From: the human T2T-CHM13v2.0 reference genome, Homo sapiens
DNA: 64,000 nt
Assembly: GCF_009914755.1 (NCBI RefSeq)
Contig: NC_060930.1
Reading direction: 5' to 3' (one strand)
The notes beneath the pieces were generated by a model. That model was not told the DNA's origin. It saw nothing but the letters and a program-made list of their open reading frames with translations, and did no database searches. Shown piece by piece: positions 46,240 to 59,638 of this stretch (positions are counted from its first letter, which is position 1; every line of letters starts with the position of its first letter). Made by a program: the position numbers and the translations under genes.

Positions 46240-46732
46240 ATATATTTCTGGATTGGATCCTGGACCTGGGAGGGGAAAACTTGCTGTGAATGACATTATT
46301 GGGCTAATTGGTGAAATCTGAACAAGTTCTATAAATTAGAAAATCATTTGTGTCAATTGTAAATTTTCTGCTTCTCATCATTGTATTGTGGTTATATATA
46401 AGTGAATGTTTTTATTCTTAGGAATGATATGCTAAGATATTTGGGGGTTAAAAAGCCATGTTCTCAAATGATTCAGAAAAAAATAATATGTATACATAGA
46501 TAAATATATGCTGAAATATTTGGGGGTAGAAGGGCATGGTTATTCTCAAGTGGTTCAGAAAAAATAATATATACACACAGATAAATACACACACATCTAT
46601 GGAGAGGGGAGAAGGGGGATAAAAGAAACACAACAAAATGTTAACAATTGGGATTCCGGGTAAAGGGTCTCACAGGAGTGGTTTTGTCCCGTTTTTGCAA
46701 CTTTTGCAAGTTTGAAATTATTTCAGAATTGA
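46240..46732 (+). mobile_element. old L1M(C/E)-type 3' fragment just upstream of DSP exon 2
   Basis: GACATTATTGGG...CAAAATGTTAACAATTG...TTGCAACTTT...AAGTTTGAAATTATTTC motifs. Confidence 0.6.
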
Positions 46733-46776
46733 AATAGGTTATTTGATGTCTGGTTTCTCTGTGTTTGCCTCCTTAG

Positions 46777-46879
46777 TCAAACCGGCACGATGTCCAGGCA
46801 CCAGAACCAGAACACCATCCAGGAGCTGCTGCAGAACTGCTCCGACTGCTTGATGCGAGCAGAGCTCATCGTGCAGCCT
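46777..46879 (+). CDS. DSP: DSP exon 2 (103 nt)
   Basis: ccttag| acceptor; QTGTMSRHQNQNTIQELLQNCSDCLMRAELIVQP; donor CCT|GTAAGC. Confidence 0.97.
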
Positions 46880-48456
46880 GTAAGCTTTCCCTGTTCCCAT
46901 CGCTTCTCCCAAAGCCTTGGCCACACCCGACTGTCCTCTGGTTAGCTTCTGCTGGCCGGGGCCTATTCACTGACCTCTTTCACGTAGTGTTTAGAGACAC
47001 GCTTTTTCAGAACAGACTACAGAGAGATGTGTGTCTTCTTAACCTATTTGTAATGTTGGTTTAACAATGAGAACCAGCTTTCAGACAGTTCCCCGTCCCC
47101 CTCCCAACAAATGTTTACACTACAGATTGCCACCTTTTTGGAAATAAAGCAATTTATGATTTACGTGACTTTTTGATACTTTCCCTTCTGAGAAATGCAA
47201 CCTGGCATGTTTCTGTTCCTGGGTTGGGATGGATCTTCATGTGCACCATCAATTTAGTATGATTTTTTTTTTCAGAGAAAATGACTATATTGAGATAACA
47301 ATTCTATCTGAGAAACAGAAAAATGGGGAAAAATAGGCAATGGAAAATTGAGGAGAAATGGTAACATTTGTGAGAACCTTGCGATGTTTCTTAAGATAAC
47401 TGAGACATCCTAGGATCTCATCGAATCCAGATTAGAAATCATGGAGTTCGTGGTATTTGCTGTGTGAAGTCTTCATTTTAAAACACTAGCATTCACCTTT
47501 GCTCCGAGTTTGCTAAAAACAGAATAGAGAATGGTGGGGCCGTAGCCATCTTTTCTATCCCTTTCCTGAGTCACTGAATCTTTTCAGCGAAGTCTCCCTA
47601 ATGCCGACACTGGTATCAAGGTTACATCTGGCATCTGCCTCTTCACAAAGTACCCCTTCTAAATAGCCTACATTTGAAACAGATTTTAACCAGATGAATT
47701 TACGGGCTCTGTTTAGATAACATTTTAATATTCTAATTTCTTAATTTAGATATTGTGTGGGTTCTAGTTCTGAATTTCTTCATCCAGGTAAAAAAAGAAT
47801 GTCACGTTAGTCCATGTTCAGAGATATTTGGGGCTCAGCAAACTAGCTTGGCTCCAGTTCTAGTTGTTTCGAGCGTCTGATTTGAAACATACTCCTTGAA
47901 ATGTTCCTCGCAGTGGCCCGATTCCTTTACACAAAACAAAATAGCAGACACCAGTGACTTAATAGTGAACATACACACACACACGTCATTTGTAGTGACT
48001 ATGGATACGTTTTACATGTAGCTCTGAAAATTTTGCATGGCCTCATGTTCTCAGTTTATTTTTGCTTATATGCATCAACGTGCAATAAATAAAAACAGGT
48101 TAGGGAAATAGTGTCATATTTGCTAACATTTCTGTTTAGAGAAAAGAGGTTCATTTGACTAAAGCCAAGTAAAAGCAGCAAATATAAAATTCCAGAGAAA
48201 GATCAGTAGGTGTTACTGAAGCAGAGGAGGAAGCTTTCTGTTTTTGTTTTTCTGAATACAAAAGCCTTTTTAAATTTTGAAGTAGTTATAGACTCATAAG
48301 AAGTTGCAAAAATAGTACAAAGGGGTCTCTACCCAGCACCCAGCTTCGCCCAGTAGTGACATCTTATATGATTATAGCGCATCATCAAAACCAGGACATT
48401 GATTGGCCCAATACAGTTAACCAGGCAGAAGCCTTCTTTTTAAGAACTAAAACGTT

Positions 48457-48765
48457 GGCCAGGCGTGGTGGCTCACGCTTGTAATCCCAGCACTTTGGGA
48501 GGCCGAGGCGGGTGTATCACTTGAGGTCAGGAGTTCAAGACCAGCCTGGCCAATGTGGTGAAACCCTGTCTCTATTAAAAATACAAAAATTAGCCTGGCG
48601 TGGTGGCACATGCCTGTAGTCTCAGCTACTCAGGAGCCTGAGGCAGGAGAATCACTTGAATCCAGGAGGCAGAGGTTGCAGTGAGCTGAGATCGTGCCAC
48701 TGCACTCTAGCCTGGGCAACAGAGCAAGGCTCTGTCTCAAAAAAATAAAAATAAAAATAAAAAAA
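48457..48765 (+). mobile_element. Alu (S), intron 2
   Basis: dimer; TSD AAGAACTAAAAC. Confidence 0.95.
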
Positions 48766-49164
48766 GAACTAAAACATTATGTTCTCATAAGGTATAGGAA
48801 AAACTCTGTGCATAAGAGGCCCCATCTGGCATAATGGTACAGTGTCCTTGTCACAATGAGATTCCCATTATATGAGACTTGTGTGTAAATATGAAAGATC
48901 AGCATTTAACATACTGAAGCAAGGGGAAGGTTAGCATTCAGCAAATGTGACTTTAAAAGCCAAGTGCAAATTTAAAAGACAGTCCACAAACTTTGGTTCA
49001 TGAATCTCCGTCTGTTTACCTTCTTATCTCAATAAGATCATTTTCACTGGCGAAACTTACAGTTTTTGTCATGTTTACAGTGGAAGCTCTTGCTTCCATT
49101 AATGCCCATGAAGGTTTTCTTCCTGGTAGTATGTGTTTTCCTTCATGTGAGTGTTTTCTTTCAG

Positions 49165-49313
49165 GAATTGAAGTATGGAGATGGAATACAACTGACTCGG
49201 AGTCGAGAATTGGATGAGTGTTTTGCCCAGGCCAATGACCAAATGGAAATCCTCGACAGCTTGATCAGAGAGATGCGGCAGATGGGCCAGCCCTGTGATG
49301 CTTACCAGAAAAG
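49165..49313 (+). CDS. DSP: DSP exon 3 (149 nt)
   Basis: tttcag|; ELKYGDGIQLTRSRELDECF...DAYQK(R); AG|GTATTG. Confidence 0.97.
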
Positions 49314-49524
49314 GTATTGTCCACAGAGCATGGATCGGGCAGTCCCCATGAAAAAGAACACCACATAACCAGTTACACTCAATTCCATGACCCAGGGCTT
49401 CCTTTGAAGGCAGCACAAATGTTCCCAAGGAAAGGTTTGCTTACTTGGTATTTTGCAACTTTATTATGTATCTCTAATACAAAGTGACCATTTCATTATA
49501 GGTGTTAACTGTACCTCCCTTTAG

Positions 49525-49848
<324 letters not shown>

Positions 49849-50271
49849 TTAAGGGTCTAATATCAAGTCAAGCTTAGTTTAATAAATATAAAAATGAGAC
49901 CCTTAGAGTTGGAAACAAAGACTATAAGGCAGAAAAATGTAGTCTGAATTTGTTCTACTACTACCTGGGGCCCAGGGTACTAGGAAAACTCCCAGGACAA
50001 AACGCAAGAGAAAATGAAAGTTGCTCCCAGGTTAGGCAAAGGCAGTGACGCTTTCTATGCTGTTACGCACTTTGAACCTCTTCCTAAGATTTAATTTTTT
50101 GTATGTGATTAAGACTTAAGTCCTGGGGTAAAGAAAAAAAAATCTTCAAATACCATAAAACATTTGTAGCTTCTCTATTGACACAAAAGACTCAGAAAAG
50201 GGGAAATTTGCCCAGAACGGGTTTTCATAGGCTGTTTTCCTGCAGTGGTTTAAAGGTTTTTTTCTTTGCAG

Positions 50272-50446
50272 GCTTCTTCAGCTCCAAGAGCAAATGCGAG
50301 CCCTTTATAAAGCCATCAGTGTCCCTCGAGTCCGCAGGGCCAGCTCCAAGGGTGGTGGAGGCTACACTTGTCAGAGTGGCTCTGGCTGGGATGAGTTCAC
50401 CAAACATGTCACCAGTGAATGTTTGGGGTGGATGAGGCAGCAAAGG
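50272..50446 (+). CDS. DSP: DSP exon 4 (175 nt)
   Basis: tttgcag|; LLQLQEQMRALYKAISVPRVRR...GWMRQQR; AGG|GTAAGC. Confidence 0.97.
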
Positions 50447-51927
50447 GTAAGCAGCTTCTTGAACAGCCCAAACCTGTGCAGGCCAGACGTTCCAGCACGA
50501 TGGGGTCAGCCCATGTGTTTGTGTGACAAAGAGTCTTCTAGACCTCAGGTGGCGGCAGCAGCTTGCTGTTTGCAGGATTTTCCTCCTATACAATTTGAAA
50601 AGTGGTCTTCTATTTTGGAATGAATGAGATTTCAGTGTGGCTTGGGGAATCAGCCTCATTGCTTTATAGTCATCCTTTATCACACAGGTCATATTTAACA
50701 TGTGTAATTTAGTTAGTAGACTTTGAATATCCAGTTCTTATATTGACCACCGGAAAGATCTGTTGTGGGAGTTTATGTGCTAAATAACTTCATTGTTCTA
50801 TGTGAGTGGCAACTGACCTCATCTGTTTTACTCATAGGTACTTGAAAAAAAGCCCATTGTGGCAGTTCATTTAAAATGGTCATAGATTGGAGGAGCTGGA
50901 AACAGTGAAACTAGCCATTCTGGTTTAGGCTCATTGGTTGCTTACCTTAGACTTTTGAAGTCTCAGTTGTCTCATTGTGCAACCATCACGTCACCAGTGT
51001 GGGAGTGAAGCAAAATAATGTTGGAAGGATATGCTGATCCTTTCCCTAGAACTGGAGTTTCTGCAAAGTATTTTTCAAGACTAATGATTGTTGTGTTGTT
51101 TCATGTAGTCATTATGTCCTATAATGAACAGGTGGTGGTAGAAATATGCCACAATCATGTAGATGGGAATTTTATAATGAAAACCTACTCCTAACCCTTC
51201 CCTTGAGAATGTGGATGTGTTAGAGTGATAAGTTGTGGAGAGATTGTTATGCAATTTAGATGTGGTTGTAAGAAAGCTTGGTTTGATTAGTTGTTAGACT
51301 AATTCAGCAGTGGTTCTAAAATTTCTCAACTCCTTTAAAATTTTTGTGTATTCTTTCCTAAGTAGTGAGGACTTCAGTGACTAAACATTTATTCATTCAT
51401 TCAGTTACCTTTTTCTCCCATTTATTATAAAGAATATAAGCTATTACAGAAGGTAAGGCTTAGAAAGAACAAAAGTCAGTTAAAATATCAGAAACCTAAA
51501 TACAAATCTATTTGTATGTTTTTCAAATTTCCTTCTAATCTTCGAGCACATTTCTTGAGGATTTTATATGTAGTGCCACCCAAGGGTACAAAGATTATGG
51601 TCCCTAGTCCTGAAAATGAATGTTATCGAAGAAAACAAGATGCATACGCTCAAATGCCAAATTTCTGTCTAGATCAGCTATAATACATTCTTGCTTAGTT
51701 AGAGGGGAGGGTGGCCAGCTCCTGTGGAGTGGAACAGTCACAGGAAGACATAGCGGAGCTGATGGGGCTTAACTACATCTTAAGGATCCACAATGATGGG
51801 CAAAACAGCCTTCCAATCAAATTAGTTTGAAATGTCATATCTCCTAAAGTTTTCTTAGTATGACAGTTATAAAAAAAGACAGCCTGTAATTTGTCATTTT
51901 TTTGTATTTATGTTGGGTGTAGCTTAA

Positions 51928-52295
<368 letters not shown>

Positions 52296-53697
52296 AGTTT
52301 TATGTCGTTTTCTAACAGAAGCAATTGATAAGCGATGCTTTCCGGGTTAGGCACGCAGCCCTCATGGTTGCAAACAAACTAAAAGCTGTTTGATTGCTTA
52401 CTGCAGGTTCGCTCTGGGATTTGCTGTGGCTCCTTTCCTCTTATCGCTTGTTCCCCTGCATGCTTTACCTCGTTCCCAGGAGACTGAGCTGCAGGGCCCA
52501 GCTGATAAGGGAACTGTTGCCCCAGCAGCCAGTCAGGAGGCAGGCACTCCTGAGCCAGGTTTTTGTTTTGTTTTCCCGATTTGTGTTTGCCGATGGACAG
52601 GTCAGATACGATACACCTGGCTGGTAATGAGACGCCTGAGCTGGAGCCTGGTCACGTTGCTAATGTCCCACTGCACGCACCTGGCTGTCTCTGGTTTAAA
52701 GCCGAGACAGCTGTGGGAGAGAAGGGTCAAAGTCCCGGGTAACCTTCTGTTGTCTGACTCTGAAATGGCTCCCCTTTCTGAAGCCTTGCCAAGTGTATTA
52801 GAACATGGATGTGGCTTAGAACAATGTGTTTTATGTTCTTGCTGCAATCCCAGATTGGAATGTTTGCCCTTGGCATGTCCAAGAGATGACACAGGTGATT
52901 TGGAAATTTACATGTACTCATGCAAAAGAAGGGTGAGATAATGGACTTGCCCCAGTGTGGAACTGGCGGAACAGTGTGTGTGATTCTTATTGTGAAACAT
53001 TCTTAAATTTGAGGCTCAAATAATAAATTTAGTCAGATTTAATTTTTTAAAAAAGGTAACTTAAGTCCACAATCCTAATATTGCCAACACTCATGGAAAT
53101 TGAATCCTTGAGTAGATATAGTGACTTCCCTTTGAAGTGGCCCATAGGGAGTTTTGCATCCTAAAAGGGAATGGTATATCCTGGATTTTAAAAAGCCAAT
53201 AATTACATCCATCAAGACAATATAAAGAAATAAACAATGAAAGATGCTTTTAGGTTGACTATTTAGTTTGGGGAACAGTGTATGATTGCATTTATTTAAT
53301 GATTTTTTTATGCACATTTAAGAATGATTAAATGAGTATTTTATAACATATCATACATATATATGCACACATATGTTCTGTGCACATGCTTGCTTGCCTG
53401 TGCACAGGTAGATTTGGTTTTTTTTTTTTTTTTCAGAAGACATGATCTTGGTTTTCAGGTTCCCATTTCTAAATTTCCTTCTCTGCCCATCTTGAGCTGG
53501 GGTCAAGCAAGTTGAGGGAAGTATTTGGCAACCCTGCATTAGCCATTTGGGAACCTTTAAAAAATATTCTGGCTTCAAAAATACTCCATATTTACATCTT
53601 TGGTTCTATCTGAAGTAAAGCCGTGATGGTGTGCGTAAGTGAAACAGGTGCAAAGGGGCAACAACAAAGGGCGCCTCTCTTTGTCTTTGTGTCGCAG

Positions 53698-53826
53698 GCG
53701 GAGATGGACATGGTGGCCTGGGGTGTGGACCTGGCCTCAGTGGAGCAGCACATTAACAGCCACCGGGGCATCCACAACTCCATCGGCGACTATCGCTGGC
53801 AGCTGGACAAAATCAAAGCCGACCTG
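53698..53826 (+). CDS. DSP: DSP exon 5 (129 nt)
   Basis: tcgcag|; AEMDMVAWGVDLASVEQHINSHRGIH...IKADL; CTG|GTACTT. Confidence 0.97.
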
Positions 53827-54783
53827 GTACTTGTCTGTGTTTCATTTTAGAGTCTTCAAAATATCTACCGAAGGATCGTGTAATTACTCAATCCCAGGGA
53901 GTTTCTTCTGAAACATTGCTATTATTTCTTTCCCAGAAGACTGGAAATGTTTAGAAATCCCACTTCTTAAATGGGGAAGTGGAATCAGTAGCCCTATTAG
54001 AGATTATGTTAACACTTGAAGAGGAGTTAAACCAGAGGCTGAGGGTGTGCAAACACTCATTTGCAGTTTGTGAATAAGTCTCTTTAGGGGTGGCAGTTTG
54101 TTTCTGCGGTAAGCAGAACATCTTTTTGAATAGGGGAAATGCAACAGTCTTATACAGTAGTTTGTGTCATTGGTGAATCCTTTCCTAGGTGGTAATTAAA
54201 ACATTATTTCTACTGAGCAAAGCCATATGTCATCCCGACACCCGCTCCCATGCTGAAAAAAGTCAGACTTGAAACTGGGTTGAGAATTACAGCATAAAAT
54301 CATAACTGATCTTAAGTGCTTAGTTTCCCGCAGGGCTCTACACTTGTAAATCACTAAACTTTTTTTTTTTTTTTTTTTACCTGAGACCATAGCTTCTCAT
54401 CCTCATTTCTTCTTCTGGCTTTTTGGGGCTTACTTTTGTCCACCTGAGCCCCTGACCAACTTTCTCCTTCATTTCTCTAAGACCTAGGGAATCCTAAATG
54501 ATGTCTTTAAACTTTAAGACAATTTTCTAACACGTGAGTCTTTAAGTGACCCTGATCTGGGCTTTCCTTTGTGGAGACGGTGCTGCCAGGCCAGCAAGGG
54601 TTTGCTTTCCAACCGCCTAGGAAAAAGTCCCCATGGGTGAAATATCTCATAGAGCTAGTAATTCTTTCTTTCTATGGAGGGATCTGAGGCCAGTATCTGA
54701 AGAAAAGGAGGCTTAGAAGGGCCACTCTTTTCTATACAATCCACAAGGGGATTTATATCTACCTGCTTTTTGTTGTCTTCTAG

Positions 54784-54834
54784 CGCGAGAAATCTGCGAT
54801 CTACCAGTTGGAGGAGGAGTATGAAAACCTGCTG
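54784..54834 (+). CDS. DSP: DSP exon 6 (51 nt)
   Basis: ttctag|; REKSAIYQLEEEYENLL; CTG|GTAAGC. Confidence 0.96.
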
Positions 54835-54998
54835 GTAAGCTGATTTATTTCTCAAGTGCATCGACTTTCTGTTGTTTCCAATTCAATTCAGTTCAAGAAA
54901 TATCAAGCACATCCTGGCGGGGAGGCACCTGTTCATCGATGCTAATGTTGTTGCTGCTGCTGAGTTTCCTTTAGAAGTGAATTTTAAAAGTTGTTTTC

Positions 54999-55203
<205 letters not shown>

Positions 55204-55606
55204 TAAATGGCACTTGTTAAGTACTTGCAGTTGAAGCAAGAAAACGTTGCCACTTGTGAATTGTGGTCTTTTTTACGAAGTGTAAGCAAAAATAAAAGTT
55301 ATTTTTCTCAAGATAGAGGTCTACCAGATCGTCATCACAATTTTATGACACTCAGTCATATCAGTTACTTGATTCATAAGAGGAGAGATTTCCATTCTTT
55401 TGCCTATTTGTGTCATCATATCTTTACTTTTTAATGTTTCCTTGTTGGCAATGATACTTTTTAAATAATGTCACTCGTGGTGACACAGTGATTTTCCTAT
55501 TGGGCTGGGGTGTGACTTATGGCACTTTGAATTTTTGGGGAGAAGGTAGGAAAAGCTTGATTTCTCTAACAGTCCATTTTCCCCCTTATAGTCCAAAACT
55601 AATTAT

Positions 55607-55880
55607 TGATGGGTACAAAAATACAGTTAGATAGAAGGAGTAAGTTCTAATATTTGATAGTACAATAGGGATATTATAGTTAATGATAATTTATTGTATA
55701 TTTCAAAATAGCTTGAAGAAAATATTTGTAATGTTCCCAACACACAGAAAAGATAAATGTTCGAGGTGATGGATATCCCACTTATCCTGATTTGATCATT
55801 ATACATTGTATACATGTGTCCAGATATCATGTGTACCCCCAAATATGTACAACTATATCAGTAAAAAATACCAAAAAAAG
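55607..55880 (+). mobile_element. L1MA-type 3' end in intron 6
   Basis: ATGGGTACAAAAATACAGTTAGATAGAAGGA...GGTGATGGATATCCC...CCTGATTTGATCATT. Confidence 0.8.
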
Positions 55881-55910
55881 ACCTTATTTAGAAGAATAAA
55901 AAAAATTTAA

Positions 55911-56208
<298 letters not shown>

Positions 56209-56407
56209 GTTGCTGCCTTCTTGTTCATTGCAGATTTGGATGGGTCTTTTCCCATACCAGGTGGTCAGTGAATGCACAAGGTTAACATTTTTCCTATCCG
56301 TGTGATTTTTTTTTTTAAAGGGACCACAGGTTTAATCTTTAAACCTGCAGAGAACACCAGTCACTGCATATTGTTATTTTAATGCTGCCTTTGAACCTCC
56401 TGTGCAG

Positions 56408-56569
56408 AAAGCGTCCTTTGAGAGGATGGATCACCTGCGACAGCTGCAGAACATCATTCAGGCCACGTCCAGGGAGATCATGTGGATCAATGACTGCGAG
56501 GAGGAGGAGCTGCTGTACGACTGGAGCGACAAGAACACCAACATCGCTCAGAAACAGGAGGCCTTCTCC
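56408..56569 (+). CDS. DSP: DSP exon 7 (162 nt)
   Basis: gtgcag|; KASFERMDHLRQLQ...EEEELLYDWSDKN...EAFS (plakin-family DWSD motif); TCC|GTAAGT. Confidence 0.97.
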
Positions 56570-56734
56570 GTAAGTTCACCCCACGCGGCTGTAGATGCTT
56601 GTCTTGAGCCTGTTGCCTTGAAGAGCTGGGGTCTCGGGGAATGATTGGTCTATTAATAATTTAATCAGCCACTTGCAATTCAGCCTTCTTTGAAATGGTC
56701 GTGAAAAATCCTTCCTTCCTGAAAACTTCTCCGT

Positions 56735-57047
56735 GTGGAGGCCATTATCCTTAGCAAACTTATGCGGGAACAGAAAACCAAATACCACATGTTCTCACTT
56801 AGGAGTGGGAACTAAATGATGAGAATACATGGATACATCGAGGGCAACAACACACACTGGGGCCTTTCGGAGGGCAGAGGGTGGAGGTGGAAGGAGGGAG
56901 AGGATCAGGCAAGATAACTAATGGGTACTAGGCTTAATCGTGGGTGATGAAATAACCTGTACAACAAATCCCTGTGATACAAGTTTACCTGTGTAACAAA
57001 CCTGCACATGTATCCCTGAACTTAAAATAAAAGTTAAAAAGAAAAAG
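56735..57047 (+). mobile_element. L1PA (old primate) 3' end in intron 7
   Basis: GGAGGCCATTATCCTTAGCAAAC...ATGTTCTCACTT...GTAACAAACCTGCACATGTA...AATAAA + A-rich tail. Confidence 0.88.
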
Positions 57048-57425
57048 AGGGGCAATACCTTGTTTAATATCCCAGAAGACCGTAGTTTGTTTAGAGAGGA
57101 TAAGAACTGGTACGTTCAGATAACCCAGGATGTGTGTGGCACTGCAGGAGGGTGGGTGGAAGCCTGGGATTAGAAAACCTCAGGATGGATGTAGCTCTTC
57201 TCTCCTCCTGTGTCATCTTGAGTAAGCCTCCGCCACATCCTCTCCTGTAGCAAACATCCTTTTCAGCCTTAAAAATGCTGTGATTCTTGAGGAAAACAGC
57301 GTGATTCTTTGGCATTGTTCATTTCCAAAATGCAGTTTTGTATTTCACTTTTAAAAAGTACTGTGGGGGTGATGGAAGTTTAATGATGACTTGCTGCAAA
57401 GGATTTCTTATTTCTTCATTCACAG

Positions 57426-57530
57426 ATACGCATGAGTCAACTGGAAGTTAAAGAAAAAGAGCTCAATAAGCTGAAACAAGAAAGTGACCAACTTGTCCTC
57501 AATCAGCATCCAGCTTCAGACAAAATTGAG
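57426..57530 (+). CDS. DSP: DSP exon 8 (105 nt)
   Basis: tcacag|; IRMSQLEVKEKELNKLKQESDQLVLNQHPASDKIE; GAG|GTAGGC. Confidence 0.97.
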
Positions 57531-57666
57531 GTAGGCTTCATGAGGTTTATATTTTTGTTAGAAAAAAAAAAACTTTTCATAAAGTAAGACTAACCAAATG
57601 AGTAATTCTTATATGACTTAAAGCCGTGCCAACTTTATTTTCTATTTTGGGATCAATACCCTACAC

Positions 57667-57887
57667 CAGGGGTTGGCAAACTCTTTTCAGGAAAGGACCA
57701 GACAATCAGTATTTTAGACTTTCAGGCCATTTGGTCTCTGTTACAATTACTTAACCCTGCTATTATAGTGCAGAAGGAGGCATAGACACTGTGTAAATGA
57801 ATGAGTGTGCCTGTATTCCAATAAAACTTTATTTACAAATAGAAGTGGGCCACATGTGGCCCTTGAGCTATAGTTTGGTGACCGCTG
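57667..57887 (+). mobile_element. MER58A (hAT) in DSP intron 8
   Basis: CAGGGGTTGGCAAAC...CCAATAAAACTTTATTTAC...TAGTTTG; 8-bp TSD CCCTACAC/CCCTAGAC. Confidence 0.85.
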
Positions 57888-58402
57888 CCCTAGACTGCCA
57901 TCTTTGGGCCACGCTCAAGGCTGACATTAGCTGGTACCACTGGTATGGCCATACTGCTTGTTAAAAAACACAGAAAGTTCCATATCAGTTGGTAAGAATC
58001 ACTGTCTTGAGCCCCCTAAGCCCTTTGCTTGGATGCCTCGAACCTCCCCATGATTCAGCAATCCTCCAGGAACAGGGCTCGGTGTGGCAAAGGGATGCCA
58101 CTCCAGTGCTAGCCCCAGTGACAGTTCTGATTGGTCAGTATCTCTGCTATTTGGGTGATACATATTTTGACTAAGACTCCTCATGGTGTCTATTTGTGAA
58201 AGCTGATTTTAAAATTTAGTTTTGACCATACCAAGAGATATATGGTGAGAAATTCTCTTTCCAACTTTTAGAAAAATATCTGCTTGACTTAGAATGAGAT
58301 AAAAACTGCTTACTAGCTTTCATGCAGGCTCACCTATCTCTTGGTGTTCATGCATCTGTACAACTGAGCTAGGCTAAGACAGCTGACATTTTCTTGTTTC
58401 AG

Positions 58403-58498
58403 GCCTATATGGACACTCTGCAGACGCAGTGGAGTTGGATTCTTCAGATCACCAAGTGCATTGATGTTCATCTGAAAGAAAATGCTGCCTACTTTCAG
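58403..58498 (+). CDS. DSP: DSP exon 9 (96 nt)
   Basis: tttcag|; AYMDTLQTQWSWILQITKCIDVHLKENAAYFQ; CAG|GTTTTT. Confidence 0.96.
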
Positions 58499-58829
58499 GT
58501 TTTTATATTTAGTGATAATTTTGTTGTTATTTAGGTCTTAATACCTAATCTTTTGAGTGTGTTTTATAAAGCACTGAAAATAATCTTCAAAATGTTGCAT
58601 AAATCCTCTTCATTGATTTTGAGTGCAGAGTAGCATAGATTTGCAACCTTGCCATCAGTCCTACAAATAGTTTCCCGCTGCCACATACCTAAATACTTTC
58701 TGCACGAATTTTTTCCTTTAGCCACCTGTCAAAGAGATGTTTAGGGATGACAATCCTTGAAACAGAACTACTAGATGAAATTGCTTATTGAGTTGCTGTT
58801 CATTCACTGATCACTCTCATCCTTCACAG

Positions 58830-58955
58830 TTTTTTGAAGAGGCGCAGTCTACTGAAGCATACCTGAAGGGGCTCCAGGACTCCATCAGGAAGAAGTACCC
58901 CTGCGACAAGAACATGCCCCTGCAGCACCTGCTGGAACAGATCAAGGAGCTGGAG
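58830..58955 (+). CDS. DSP: DSP exon 10 (126 nt)
   Basis: tcacag|; FFEEAQSTEAYLKGLQDSIRKKY...IKELE; GAG|GTATCG. Confidence 0.97.
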
Positions 58956-59485
58956 GTATCGTCTCAGACCCAGAACCTCAGCAGCTGTGCCTGATCAGGG
59001 AGATAAAACACATGCCTTGGATGCAGTTGGCTCTGATTAGTATTATTGTACAATGCACGCCCAGAGCCAAGCAAGCATTTTCTTCAGCTTCCAGTGGCTT
59101 TTCTCAAAATTAACTTCTTTACATGCCCAACTACTCTTGACAGTTACTTTTGCTTCAGTCTGGGCAATTTGTTGAAAATAAGAACAGAGAGAACATTACT
59201 TCACATGACAATTCCTTTGGGAACGCATACTTCAAATTTTATCAGCATAGCCCTTTCACACAAGGATGTTCTTCCCTGCCCACTTAATTCCTGCCTGCAT
59301 AGCTTCTGGAGAGTGTTGTCATGAAAGGTTCTCATGTTTCCTGCCGACGAATTTGTGATTTTTTACAATTGATGCAACTGCAGTGATACTCAGTGTGTCA
59401 TGTAGCTACATTAATGCAGGTTGAAAATCTCCTCTAAAACTCACAGGGTATCTATGTTTAAGTATGATTTTATTCACCATTGCAG

Positions 59486-59638
59486 AAAGAACGAGAGAAA
59501 ATCCTTGAATACAAGCGTCAGGTGCAGAACTTGGTAAACAAGTCTAAGAAGATTGTACAGCTGAAGCCTCGTAACCCAGACTACAGAAGCAATAAACCCA
59601 TTATTCTCAGAGCTCTCTGTGACTACAAACAAGATCAG
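59486..59638 (+). CDS. DSP: DSP exon 11 (153 nt), start of SH3 domain
   Basis: ttgcag|; KEREKILEYKRQ...NKPIILRALCDYKQDQ; CAG|GTGTGT. Confidence 0.97.

Noticed and set aside
52390-52941. 183-aa intronic ORF in DSP intron 4
   Set aside because: TTG start, no domain features, no convincing splice sites linking it to DSP.
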